Sequence record: NZ_CP024179.1
Origin: a plasmid
Direction: 5' to 3' (one strand)
Length of the DNA stretch: 42,981 nt
Shown: positions 19,301-29,062 of the stretch, piece by piece
Position numbering within the stretch: position 1 is the first letter of the stretch
How the letters are laid out: every line of letters starts with the position of its first letter
Program-made: the position numbers and the translations under genes
Notes under the pieces: generated by a model
What the model was told of the DNA's origin: nothing
What the model saw: the letters and a program-made list of their open reading frames with translations, nothing else
Database searches by the model: none

Positions 19301-19325
19301 TTTATCATGAAATAAACATGATAAA
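19301..19325. promoter_or_regulatory. Palindrome TTTATCATG-N7-CATGATAAA upstream of the recombinase at 18635 (candidate crossover/res subsite)
   Basis: It has 9-bp perfect arms and lies 60 bp upstream of the recombinase start. It is related to the 25-bp palindrome at 42863. Confidence 0.35.
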
Positions 19326-19344
19326 AAAGCGCCGAATTGGCGCT
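19321..19344 (-). terminator. Rho-independent terminator for fic (hairpin AGCGCC-aattc-GGCGCT followed by a U-run on the minus strand)
   Basis: A 6-bp GC stem with a 5-nt loop sits 30 bp downstream of the fic stop and is followed by TTTTTTAT on the coding (minus) strand. Confidence 0.5.
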
Positions 19345-19373
19345 GATATACAAAATCACGAAAAACAATTATT

Positions 19374-20510
19374 TTAACTATCAGCGTGAGAGCTTAGCTC
19401 ATAGCTTTGACTACGCCCAGACGCTGCAGATTTAATCAGTACGCCCTTATCGACCAAATCATTAATATCTCTTAGTGCTGTATCTGCTGATGTTTTGGTC
19501 ATCATTGCCCATTTCTTGGTGGTCAATTTACCAAAGAAGTCGCCCCATAATCGATTAATCATCATCACTTGGCGTTCATTAAACGTTGTATTCCGATGAC
19601 GATGCCAAAATTGGGCTTTATCAACCGTTCTTTGGGTACGAGTGAGTGCCATCGTTAAAGCCTGTCCTAGCGTTTGTAAAAACCAAACTAACCAGTCTGT
19701 CACTGACGTTAAGCCTTTTTGAGTGGATTCCAAAATCTTATAATACTCTGACCGAGTTGCTAAAATTTGCGCTGACATACTATAGAAACGCCTGGCACTG
19801 CCATCGCTTTTAGCGAGCATACGCTCGGTAATCGCCCGAGTTAAACGCCCATTGCCATCTTCAAAGGGGTGCAGGGTCACAAACCATAAATGTGCAATAC
19901 CGGCTTTTAAGGTTAAATCTAAATCTGATTGCTCCTCATTATACCAAGCAATAAATTTAGCCAATTCATCTGGCAATAGTTGTGCTGCTGGTGCTTCAAA
20001 ATGCACTTTAGTGCGACCATAGCCTCCTGATACCACTTGCATGGCACCTGTACGATCATCTCGAAGTCTGCCCGCTTGTATTTTATATAGCCCACTAAAA
20101 CCCGTGGGAAATAACGCCCGATGCCAAGCAAAGATTTCATCGAGCGTCAGTGGTTGGTTAAAATAAAAACTGGCTCTTAACATCATCTCTACAATAGCAT
20201 CGATTTCTCGAGTGGGTGTTACCAGGGTATCCGGGTTGTATCGGTGTTCAATACCTAAATGCCGAGCAACCGATGAGCGTACCTGCTCATTATTGAGTAT
20301 CTCCCCTTCTATCTCAGACGTTTTAATCACTTCAAGCGTCACAGCGTCCAATTGGGCTTCAAGCGGCAACTCAAAACCCAAGCTTTGCATTTGACCAAGT
20401 AGTTTACCTTGTAATAGACGCACATTAGCGACCAATGGTAATAACTGATTATTATCAATTTGCCAATCGGTCCAATTAGGATAGTCGTGAATGTATTTTT
20501 TATACAGCAT
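19374..20510 (-). CDS. fic: Fic/Doc-family protein (AMPylase-type motif HPFEDGNGRLTR) with a C-terminal winged-helix
   Basis: The canonical Fic motif HPFxDGNGRxxR is present. It is 378 aa. Confidence 0.85.
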   Translation of the reverse strand: MLYKKYIHDYPNWTDWQIDNNQLLPLVANVRLLQGKLLGQMQSLGFELPLEAQLDAVTLEVIKTSEIEGEILNNEQVRSSVARHLGIEHRYNPDTLVTPTREIDAIVEMMLRASFYFNQPLTLDEIFAWHRALFPTGFSGLYKIQAGRLRDDRTGAMQVVSGGYGRTKVHFEAPAAQLLPDELAKFIAWYNEEQSDLDLTLKAGIAHLWFVTLHPFEDGNGRLTRAITERMLAKSDGSARRFYSMSAQILATRSEYYKILESTQKGLTSVTDWLVWFLQTLGQALTMALTRTQRTVDKAQFWHRHRNTTFNERQVMMINRLWGDFFGKLTTKKWAMMTKTSADTALRDINDLVDKGVLIKSAASGRSQSYELSSHADS

Positions 20511-20605
20511 TTATAAATAGCAATAAAAAGTAGATGCGGTAATTATAGCAAACAATCACCGCAAAATATGCAGAGAATATCTATTTTATATTAGTTGATT
20601 TTTGT

Positions 20606-21805
20606 TTATTCATCAGATTCCAACAACCAATCCACAATATAAATCAGTGGAATACCGTCAATTTGGCGACGCTCATCATATTTTCCTGTAATAACTATCT
20701 TTTTATGATTATCTCGAATATGTAATAAATTATCCGTTTCATGGGTATTCTCTGGGATTTGATAAGTCACTTGCACATATAGCAATTCATCTGCCCTGCG
20801 AGCCACAAAATCAATTTCTTTACTGTCTAAACGACCCACATCTAAGGTATAGCCCCGTCTTAATAGCTCCAAAAATACAATATTTTCCAACCGATTGGCA
20901 TAATTTGCCTCTTTTTTACCAATTGCATGACGCCTTAAGCCATTATCGACAATAAAGTACTTAGCATTCGTCTTAAGATACCCCTTACCTCGAATATCAT
21001 ATTGCTGCACCTTATAGAACAAAAACGCATTTTCTAATAACTCAAGATATTTATTAATGGTATGATTCGAGGTTGGCACTCGCTCACTGGTCAATGTGTT
21101 ACTAATTTTGCTTGGATTAACTAACTGCCCGACATTATCAGCTAAAAATAAAATTACGCTTTTTAAAATATGGGTATCTTTCACCCCTGCCCGATGCGCA
21201 ATATCATTGAGCACAATCGAATCAAAAATTCCTGATAAAATAGTATCCTTCAAAGGCTCATCTGCCATAACAACACTGGGAAACCCGCCGTATTGTTCAT
21301 ACTCAAGATAATATTTATCAACCAACCTAGAATCCACAGGTACTTGCTTAGCTAACAGATACTCTCTAAAGGACAAGGGATAAATCTTAATCGCCACATA
21401 ACGACCGCTTAATAAAGTCGCCAATTCCCCAGAGAGTAAATTCGCATTAGAGCCTGTAATCACAATATCAGTGTTAAAGCTAACTCGGACGGCATTAATA
21501 ATTTTTTGCCAACCGTCTACAAATTGGATTTCATCAAATAACAAATAAACCTTATTTTCACTGCCTTTAAGTTTCTCATTGATTAATTGGCTAAAATCAT
21601 CCGCATTTTTGACCCACTGGTAATCAAAACTCTCAAAATTCAGATAAATAATATTTTCTGCACTAATTTGTTGAGACAGCAAATAATCTCGATATTGCAT
21701 CAATAAAACAGATTTGCCAGAACGGCGAACCCCGGTTATCACTTTTATAAAATCTGAATCTTTAAATTGAATCAGTTGCTGTAAATATTTTTCTCGAGAA
21801 ATCAT
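20606..21805 (-). CDS. AAA+ ATP-binding protein with a DUF4143 C-terminal domain
   Basis: It has Walker A GVRRSGKSVLL and Walker B LLFDEIQ. It is 399 aa, 95 bp upstream of and co-directional with fic. Confidence 0.85.
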   Translation of the reverse strand: MISREKYLQQLIQFKDSDFIKVITGVRRSGKSVLLMQYRDYLLSQQISAENIIYLNFESFDYQWVKNADDFSQLINEKLKGSENKVYLLFDEIQFVDGWQKIINAVRVSFNTDIVITGSNANLLSGELATLLSGRYVAIKIYPLSFREYLLAKQVPVDSRLVDKYYLEYEQYGGFPSVVMADEPLKDTILSGIFDSIVLNDIAHRAGVKDTHILKSVILFLADNVGQLVNPSKISNTLTSERVPTSNHTINKYLELLENAFLFYKVQQYDIRGKGYLKTNAKYFIVDNGLRRHAIGKKEANYANRLENIVFLELLRRGYTLDVGRLDSKEIDFVARRADELLYVQVTYQIPENTHETDNLLHIRDNHKKIVITGKYDERRQIDGIPLIYIVDWLLESDE

Positions 21806-22380
21806 TCATTATCCAATTTAGTATTTTATTTCCAATTTTAGCAAAATTAACAAAACATTGGAAACTAATTTCCAATTAATTCTATAAATTCTAATTAATG
21901 GAAAATAAAAGCATTCTTTTAGAAAAATATACATTATTTGAAGCGTATTTCATTTTATCTAGTTTTTACAGATTTTTTAGAATAAATAATCAATTTATTA
22001 CCAAAGAACAAACTCATAAATAAATGTTATAGATTTTATTCAAATGTCAATTCAACAAAAACACCTGTTATTATTGAATAAATCAAGGCGAGCAATTTTA
22101 ATTGTTTTTACCCCAGTTTTATTCAATAATATTGCCTATTATTTATTTCAATGAAAACCTATCAATGATATTAGGCTATTCAGTTTTATTGTAATTATTG
22201 TATTGACAATAATATTTTTATTCTAAATTTTAATTTATGCTTTTTAGATATTATCTCTTATGTTTGGATAACTTTTAGTTATGTTTATGAGTTAAGTTAA
22301 ATTAGTCGATATTTTCCGTAGAGTAAATATTTGTTCATTATTTTGTTGCTGCGTGTTTGGCTATTTTTTAGGAGGCTATT
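21806..22380. other. 575-bp very AT-rich non-coding region with several inverted repeats (TTATTGAATAAA/TTTATTCAATAA at 22070/22113; ATTATTGT-attg-ACAATAAT at ~22190 containing TTGACA)
   Basis: There is no ORF over 60 aa. A strong SD (AGGAGG) at its 3' end serves the invertase TTG start. Inverted repeats were read directly from the sequence. Confidence 0.3.
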
Positions 22381-22947
22381 TTGACGGTTCAGGTAATTGG
22401 TTATGCTCGGGTATCAACCAAGGAGCAAGATTTGTCTTTGCAGTTGGATGCTTTAAGCAAATACGGCTGTGATCGAATTTTTACCGATAAGATGAGTAGT
22501 GTGAAAGAACGCCAAGGGTTAACGGATGCGTTAGGCTATTTACGTGAAGGTGATACGTTGGTGGTTTGGAAGTTAGACCGGTTGTGTCGTTCCCTACCCG
22601 ATTTGATTAAGATTAGTGAGCAGATTCGGATGACGGGTGCACAGCTTGTGAGTATTACTGAGAGTATCGATACGAGTACGCCAGCCGGTCGGTTGTATTT
22701 TAATATTTTAGGAGCACTGGGGCAGATGGAGCGTGAGTTGATTCAAGAACGGGTAAAGGCGGGTCTTGCGGCAGCGCGTCGCCGTGGTAAAGTCCCGGGT
22801 AAGCCTAGGGTTAGTGAGGAGAAGTTGGAACTGGCTCGTCGGGAGTTGTCTGCTGGACGGACGTATCCTGAGGTGGCAAGAATTCTAGGGGTGCATCCGC
22901 AGACGTTGTATCGGCTGGTGCCTGTTAAGTCTCTCAATATTGCTTAA
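22381..22947 (+). CDS. Hin/Gin/Pin-type DNA invertase (serine recombinase), TTG start
   Basis: VIGYARVSTKEQDLSLQ...GDTLVVWKLDRLCRSL...GRLYFNILGALGQMERELIQERVKAGL is Hin-like. It is higher in GC than its surroundings and has an AGGAGG SD. Confidence 0.9.
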   Translation: MTVQVIGYARVSTKEQDLSLQLDALSKYGCDRIFTDKMSSVKERQGLTDALGYLREGDTLVVWKLDRLCRSLPDLIKISEQIRMTGAQLVSITESIDTSTPAGRLYFNILGALGQMERELIQERVKAGLAAARRRGKVPGKPRVSEEKLELARRELSAGRTYPEVARILGVHPQTLYRLVPVKSLNIA

Positions 22948-23068
22948 TACAATGTAGCTGTTATTATGTAGATTAAATGATGACAAAAGTTGTTTCCATT
23001 AGTTTAATTCTATAATATTACAACTGCATTTATTATAGAGGTTTTCTACTGCCATCTATCTGAATAGC

Positions 23069-23322
23069 CACCGATTTTGTAGACACCTTAAAGTTAGATA
23101 AAATGACTAATTTATGAGGTGATTATGAGCGGTAAACGATACCCTGAAGAATTCAAAATAGAAGCAGTTAAACAAGTGACAGAGAAAGGCTATAGTATAG
23201 CAGAAGTAGCTACACGTTTAGGTACGACCACCCATAGCCTTTATGCTTGGATTGAAAGATACGATCAAGGGCAATCCAAAGCAACCAAAGACAAGGATTC
23301 AAGTGTCGAACTTGCTAGGCTC
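23069..23322 (+). mobile_element. IS3-family insertion sequence remnant: left end (TGAATAGCCACCGA...) plus the first 68 codons of orfA, truncated at the 28-bp motif
   Basis: MSGKRYPEEFKIEAVKQVTEKGYSIAEVATRLGTTTHSLYAWIERY is an IS3/IS911-type OrfA HTH. The ORF-track ORF 23119..23367 departs from OrfA homology after ...ELARLKK, exactly where the motif begins. Confidence 0.6.
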
Positions 23323-23350
23323 AAAAAACGGTCGTTTTATAGATATCTCA
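23323..23350 (+). repeat. 28-bp near-palindromic motif copy A (AAAAAACGGTCGTTTTATAGATATCTCA); candidate site-specific recombination crossover site
   Basis: It is 27/28 identical to 41353..41380 on the same strand. The core AAAAAACG-GT-CGTTTTTT is an 8-bp-arm palindrome around an asymmetric GT, followed by the palindromic TAGATATCTA. Confidence 0.6.
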
Positions 23351-23384
23351 CCCATTATCATTTTTAAAAATACTCGACTAAATT

Positions 23385-23422
23385 CCTTAGTGTGCTATTT
23401 TTCCGTTTTCTGTGGTGACCCC
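23385..23422 (-). repeat. Tn3-family-like 38-bp terminal IR (GGGGTCACCACAGAAAACGGAAAAATAGCACACTAAGG) with its outer end at 23422, facing away from the catabolic segment
   Basis: It shares GGGGTCA.CACAGAA with the IR of the intact Tn at 13936 and 30/38 with the IR at 41276. It is followed inward by GTCGAgTATTTTTAA, as is its partner. Confidence 0.65.
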
Positions 23423-23468
23423 TAAGTGTATAGCTTATTTGGCTTACCAGTAAATATTAACAGTGGTC

Positions 23469-24842
23469 TTAATTCATTAACGCCACTACCGATTGATTAT
23501 GATTTTTGATAATATCAGTCAAGGATAATGTCATTAGATGCCCATCTTTTACTACCACTTTGCCATTAATAATGGATAAATCCACGTTGGAAGGTGTGCA
23601 GAATACTAGTGAGGCGACTGGGTCGTGAATCGCACCGCCTGCCATGGCTAAGGTATCAGTACGAAATGCGATTATATCCGCACTCATACCTGCTTGTATT
23701 ATCCCGATATCGTCACGGTCTAGGACATCTGCACCGCCACGTGTTGCCATGCGAAGCACTTCTCGAGCAGTTAATGCATCAGGTGCATCAATCACTCGAC
23801 CCAATAGCATTGCTTGTCTAGCTTCTCCTAATAAATTACCACAGTCATTAGAAGCAGAGCCATCTACCCCTAATCCGACTGGTACATGTGCATTGAGCAT
23901 TTTTTTGATAGGGGCAATACCTGATGCCAGTCGCATATTGGAGCATGGACAGTGAGCAACGCCAGTCTTAGTACGAGAAAATAAATCAATACCGTGATTG
24001 TCAAGTTTTACACAGTGGGCGTGCCACACATCCTGTCCCACCCAACCTAATGATTCGGCATACTCAGCAGGTGTCATACCAAAGTTTGCAATGCTGTACG
24101 CCACGTCATTATCACTTTCTGCTAGATGAGTATGCATACAAACATGATATTCTCTAGCAAGTAGAGCAGTTTGTTTCATCAATTCTTGACTAACGCTAAA
24201 TGGTGAGCAAGGGGCTAATGCAACCCGAGTCATCGCATGGCGATTAGCATTGTGAAACTGTTCGATAAGTCGCACACTATCTTTGAGCACAGCGTCTTCA
24301 GTTTCAACCAAGTTATCAGGTGGCAAGCCTCCTTTGCTTTCACCAACTGTCATACTGCCACGACAGGCATGAAAGCGCATACCAATGGCGTGCGATGCTT
24401 CGATACTATCATCTAGACGTGAGCCATTGGGGTAAAGATACAGATGGTCGCTAGTTGTCGTGCAACCAGAAAAGATAAGCTCAGCCATCGCTGTTAATGT
24501 GGAATTGTAAATCATTCGTGGTTCTAAATTTCGCCAAATTGGGTAGAGGGTTTGCAACCAACCAAATAATTCGGCATTTTGTCCTTTTGGTACGGCTCTC
24601 GTTAGACTTTGGAACATATGATGATGAGTATTAACCAAGCCAGGCAAGACCACATGATGTGTTAAATCAATCTCTTCATCAACCTCTATATAATTATCGT
24701 GGATATGTTTAACAATCTCAGTGGTTGTTCCTACCGCAGTGATTACATTATCGGTAATTAAAATGGAGGCATTGGCAATCTCACGCCCTTCATCGTCCAT
24801 AGTAGCTAACATTTCGATGTTTTTTAATAACTTACAAACCAT
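23469..24842 (-). CDS. Amidohydrolase of the chlorohydrolase/guanine- or 8-oxoguanine-deaminase type
   Basis: It has the metal-binding HHH motif (VNTHHHMFQ) and later HxH...D signatures typical of this superfamily. The start was taken at the internal MVCK with an AAGAGGA SD. Confidence 0.75.
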   Translation of the reverse strand: MVCKLLKNIEMLATMDDEGREIANASILITDNVITAVGTTTEIVKHIHDNYIEVDEEIDLTHHVVLPGLVNTHHHMFQSLTRAVPKGQNAELFGWLQTLYPIWRNLEPRMIYNSTLTAMAELIFSGCTTTSDHLYLYPNGSRLDDSIEASHAIGMRFHACRGSMTVGESKGGLPPDNLVETEDAVLKDSVRLIEQFHNANRHAMTRVALAPCSPFSVSQELMKQTALLAREYHVCMHTHLAESDNDVAYSIANFGMTPAEYAESLGWVGQDVWHAHCVKLDNHGIDLFSRTKTGVAHCPCSNMRLASGIAPIKKMLNAHVPVGLGVDGSASNDCGNLLGEARQAMLLGRVIDAPDALTAREVLRMATRGGADVLDRDDIGIIQAGMSADIIAFRTDTLAMAGGAIHDPVASLVFCTPSNVDLSIINGKVVVKDGHLMTLSLTDIIKNHNQSVVALMN

Positions 24843-25059
24843 GATTATTCCTCTTTTATATTTTTCAATTGTGATAACACACCTTTCATAACTCCTAAAA
24901 ATCATTTTGCAAATTTTATACCAGTATACAAAATATAATCATTAATTGAAAAATATGTATACAAAAATATTTATAAAAAGTTAAATGGCATATAAAATGC
25001 AAATTTAGTTCTATTGCTAATAAATAACTAATAAATGAACCAAAACTGTGAGTATAATC

Positions 25060-26565
25060 ATGTTTCCTGCTAATTCAGTTCAGCATAATCGCCCTGTTCG
25101 CTTTTATTTTCGTCAAGAGATATGTGAAATCATACCTAGTCATACCACTCAAACAGTTTTACAATTTGTGCGAGAAAGTTGTCGAGCTACAGGAACAAAG
25201 GAAGGCTGTGGTGAAGGCGATTGTGGAGCTTGTACGGTTGTTATTGGCAAGCTCGATGAACAAAATCAATTGCACTTAGAAGCGGTTAATGCTTGTATCC
25301 AATTTTTACCAACGCTAGATGGATGTGCTTTATTTACCATTGAAGATTTGCAAAATTTATCAGATGACTTTCACCCAATTCAACATGCGATGATTACGGC
25401 TCATGGCTCTCAGTGTGGATTTTGCACACCAGGTATTATCATGTCGTTGTGGGCAATGTACGAAAATAGTGCAAGTTGCCCAAATGAGGAACAAATACTA
25501 GATGCGTTATCGGGTAATTTATGCCGTTGTACGGGTTATCGACCGATAATTGATGCGGTTAAATTAGCGTATGAGTCGCCAAGAGTCACATTTGATAAAG
25601 CAAAAATCATTGATGCTTTACAGTCTTTACAGGCTTTACCATCATTAGTATTGATGGTTAAAGACCAGCAATTTTTTATCCCCAAAACTCTTGAAGCATT
25701 GGCTGAATTATATAAGACCTATCCAAACGCTAGATTGCTCTCAGGTAGTACGGATATCGGGTTGTGGGTAACCAAACAACATCGACAGCTTGATAATTTA
25801 ATTTTTATCAATCATATCCCAGCACTAAAAACTATTAATAACACAGCCGATTATGTGGAAATTGGGGCAGGAGTGAGCTTACAAGATGCGTTTACGGCAT
25901 TGATAGCACAAAATAGCGGTTGGCAAGAATTGGCTCGTCGATTTGCATCTAGACAAATTAAAAATGCAGGTACATTAGGCGGTAATATTGCGAATGGCTC
26001 GCCGATTGGTGATAGTATGCCTGCTTTAATTGCTCAATCCGCAAAGCTTGTATTACGCTGTGGTGAACAGGTTCGCACATTAGCTTTGGACGAATTCTAT
26101 ATTGCTTATCAAAAAAATGCGTTGCAACCGAGTGAGTTTATTACCGCCATTCAAGTGCCGAATCACCAAAATTTACCTGATGAATCAAGTTATTTTGCTA
26201 CTTATAAAGTTGCAAAACGCTTTGATGCCGATATTTCAGCGGTATGTGGGGCATATTTTGTGAAGTTAGATAAACAAAATAAAGTAAGTGAAATCCGAAT
26301 TGTTTATGGCGGTATGGCAGAAATTCCTAAACGAGCCAAACATTTAGAAGCGGCATTACACAATCAAGAATGGCTGGAAGCGAATATTGACAATGCTTTG
26401 TCTGGGATTGAACAAGATTTCAGCCCATTGACCGACGGTAGAGCTAGTGCACATTATCGTTTATTGGTTGCCAAAAACTTATTGAAACGCTTTTATTTTG
26501 AGTCTCAAGTAACAGCTGGGACTACAAACGAACCAAAGCTCATTCGTTTAACTCAAATCGCATAA
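25060..26565 (+). CDS. xdhA: Xanthine dehydrogenase small subunit XdhA ([2Fe-2S] + FAD-binding)
   Basis: It has GTKEGCGEGDCGACTV and CGFCTPG iron-sulfur motifs plus a FAD-binding domain. The start is uncertain (ORF-track GTG at 25048 or ATG at 25060). Confidence 0.85.
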   Translation: MFPANSVQHNRPVRFYFRQEICEIIPSHTTQTVLQFVRESCRATGTKEGCGEGDCGACTVVIGKLDEQNQLHLEAVNACIQFLPTLDGCALFTIEDLQNLSDDFHPIQHAMITAHGSQCGFCTPGIIMSLWAMYENSASCPNEEQILDALSGNLCRCTGYRPIIDAVKLAYESPRVTFDKAKIIDALQSLQALPSLVLMVKDQQFFIPKTLEALAELYKTYPNARLLSGSTDIGLWVTKQHRQLDNLIFINHIPALKTINNTADYVEIGAGVSLQDAFTALIAQNSGWQELARRFASRQIKNAGTLGGNIANGSPIGDSMPALIAQSAKLVLRCGEQVRTLALDEFYIAYQKNALQPSEFITAIQVPNHQNLPDESSYFATYKVAKRFDADISAVCGAYFVKLDKQNKVSEIRIVYGGMAEIPKRAKHLEAALHNQEWLEANIDNALSGIEQDFSPLTDGRASAHYRLLVAKNLLKRFYFESQVTAGTTNEPKLIRLTQIA

Positions 26566-26607
26566 CAAAATCAAAAAATACAAGAAGGCCAAGAGAGAAT
26601 AACCGCA

Positions 26608-29040
26608 ATGAATGATATGACAGTCACCCAAAAAAATACCTATGTGGGCAGATCTATCACCCATGAAAGTGCCCATTTACATGTGTCTGGCAAAGCTAAT
26701 TATGTGGATGATATTCCCGAAATTGAGGGCACATTGTATGCAGGATTGGGCTTGGCAGAAATAGCTCATGGTAAGATTATCAACATGGATTTGTCAGCAG
26801 TCTGGCAAGCCGAAGGTGTCGTGAGCGTGCTGACAGGCACAGAATTATTACACAATAATTGTGGTCCAGTGGTCGCTGATGAGCCGATTATTGCAACCGA
26901 TATGGTTAGCTTTTTTGGACAGGTGATTTTTGTAGTGGTGGCAAAAACCTATCAACAGGCTCAGCAAGCAAGCCGATTGGCGAAAGTGGCCTATGAAGCG
27001 TTAGAACCTATTTTGACTATTGAGCAGGCAATAGCACGACAATCTTGGATACTGCCACCTGTACAACTCACCGCAGGCGATGCCAATGCAAAACTTGCCG
27101 TTGCTCCTTATCGATTACGAGGGATGGCCCAAGTCGGCGGACAAGAGCATTTTTATCTCGAAGGGCAAATTTGCTATGCCTACCCAAAAGAAGAGGATAT
27201 GCTTCAAGTGCTATGCTCAACCCAACATCCCACCGAAATGCAATTACTGATTAGCGAGGCTGTCGGCTATGGCATGCACCAAGTCAGTGTTGAAGTGCGA
27301 CGCATGGGCGGAGGATTTGGGGGGAAAGAATCGCAATCAGCTCAATGGGCGTGTATTACAGCAATTTTGTCAGTTAAATTGAAACGTCCTGTGAAGCTAC
27401 GACTTGACCGTGATACTGACATGATAGTCACAGGTAAACGCCATGGCTTTGCTTATCAATGGGACGTGGGTTTTGATGAGCAAGGGATGATTCTAGGCTT
27501 ATATATTCAGTTAGCCTCTAATTGTGGCTCATCAACAGATTTATCAGGACCAGTAAATGATAGGGCGATTTGCCACGTTGACAATGGCTATTATCTCGAT
27601 GCGGTCACCATTGACAGTCTACGCTGTAAAACCAATACCGTCTCTAATACGGCCTTTCGAGGCTTTGGTGGTCCACAAGGCATGTTCCCGATAGAGTACA
27701 TCATGGATGATATTGGATATGCGTTAGATATTGATCCCCTCATTATACGTCAACGTAATTTCTATACCGCTATGTCTGAGCAAGCGGGTATTGATTTTTC
27801 TGCAGAAAATATCGACGAAATTGCCCCACGCTCCAAAACCCCTTACGGCACTTATGTCAAAGATAATATTTTACCTGACTTGGTGAGTAAACTTGCTGAG
27901 CATTGCGATTATTTCACTAGACGAGAAACTATCAAGAGCTTTAACGAGCAAAGCCCGATTATCAAAAAGGGCTTGGCATTAACGCCTGTAAAATTTGGTA
28001 TTTCGTTTAATGCGACACTGTTTAATCAAGCAGGGGCATTGGTGCATATTTATACCGATGGTACAATCTTGGTGAATCATGGTGGCACCGAGATGGGGCA
28101 GGGACTATATAGCAAAATCCGCCAAATTGTCGCCCATGAATTTAGCCTTGATTTATCAAAAATTAGATTGTCAGCGACTGACACTGCCAAAGTACCTAAT
28201 ACTTCAGCTACTGCTGCGTCTAGTGGTACAGATTTAAATGGTAAAGCAGCCCAAGCCGCCTGTATTAATATTCGCAATCGCTTAAAAACATTTGCCGCCG
28301 AATTAGCGAATACTAAGCCTAATCAAGTGCAGTTTAAAGATGGATATATTTATGCAAGTGGACAATCTTGGCAATTTGCTGAATTTATCAAACTCGCTTA
28401 TCAAGCTCGGATACAACTGTGGGATAGTGGTTTTTATAAAACGCCTGATATCCATTGGAATCCCGTGTTACGTTATGGCAGACCATTTTTTTATTTTGCC
28501 TATGGAGCGGCAGCGAGCGAAGTAGCCATAGATACTTTAACAGGAGAAAGTAAAGTGTTACGAGTCGATATTTTACATGATGTCGGTAACTCGATTAATC
28601 CTGCGATTGATATTGGACAAATTGAAGGAGGATTTATTCAAGGCATGGGGTGGTTAACGTCTGAAGAACTGTACTGGGTGCCAGAAGGACGCAAACAAGG
28701 ACATTTATTTACCCATGCACCATCCACTTATAAAATCCCAACTGCTACCGATATGCCGAAAATTTTTAATGTAAATTTGTACGGTAACCAAAACCTTGAA
28801 AATACTATCCATCGTTCAAAAGCAGTGGGCGAACCCCCTTTTATGTTGGCATTATCGGTATTTTCTGCACTACGTGAAGCGGTATCTGCAAATATAACTA
28901 CCCCAATATTGCAAAATGGTATTAAGGTTAAGCCTTTTTTATCTGCACCTGCGACGCCTGAAGCGATTTTGCAAGCCATTGTCAATGCCAAACAGCTTGT
29001 GAATAGTCAAACGCATTTATCAAATCTATCAAATCAATAA
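26608..29040 (+). CDS. xdhB: Xanthine dehydrogenase molybdopterin-binding large subunit XdhB
   Basis: 810 aa with aldehyde-oxidase/xanthine-dehydrogenase a/b hammerhead and MoCo-binding regions (GGGFGGK, FRGFGGPQG). Confidence 0.9.
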   Translation: MNDMTVTQKNTYVGRSITHESAHLHVSGKANYVDDIPEIEGTLYAGLGLAEIAHGKIINMDLSAVWQAEGVVSVLTGTELLHNNCGPVVADEPIIATDMVSFFGQVIFVVVAKTYQQAQQASRLAKVAYEALEPILTIEQAIARQSWILPPVQLTAGDANAKLAVAPYRLRGMAQVGGQEHFYLEGQICYAYPKEEDMLQVLCSTQHPTEMQLLISEAVGYGMHQVSVEVRRMGGGFGGKESQSAQWACITAILSVKLKRPVKLRLDRDTDMIVTGKRHGFAYQWDVGFDEQGMILGLYIQLASNCGSSTDLSGPVNDRAICHVDNGYYLDAVTIDSLRCKTNTVSNTAFRGFGGPQGMFPIEYIMDDIGYALDIDPLIIRQRNFYTAMSEQAGIDFSAENIDEIAPRSKTPYGTYVKDNILPDLVSKLAEHCDYFTRRETIKSFNEQSPIIKKGLALTPVKFGISFNATLFNQAGALVHIYTDGTILVNHGGTEMGQGLYSKIRQIVAHEFSLDLSKIRLSATDTAKVPNTSATAASSGTDLNGKAAQAACINIRNRLKTFAAELANTKPNQVQFKDGYIYASGQSWQFAEFIKLAYQARIQLWDSGFYKTPDIHWNPVLRYGRPFFYFAYGAAASEVAIDTLTGESKVLRVDILHDVGNSINPAIDIGQIEGGFIQGMGWLTSEELYWVPEGRKQGHLFTHAPSTYKIPTATDMPKIFNVNLYGNQNLENTIHRSKAVGEPPFMLALSVFSALREAVSANITTPILQNGIKVKPFLSAPATPEAILQAIVNAKQLVNSQTHLSNLSNQ

Positions 29041-29062
29041 TCTAAAGTTTATATAAATCAAT

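Noticed and set aside
17917-23384. Searched for a left-hand partner IR (GGGGTCA.CACAGAA) that would make 23385..23422 the end of a conventional complete transposon.
   Set aside because: No such sequence was found by eye in this interval, so a conventional transposon here is not supported. A partner could lie outside the window, or across the junction if the replicon is circular.
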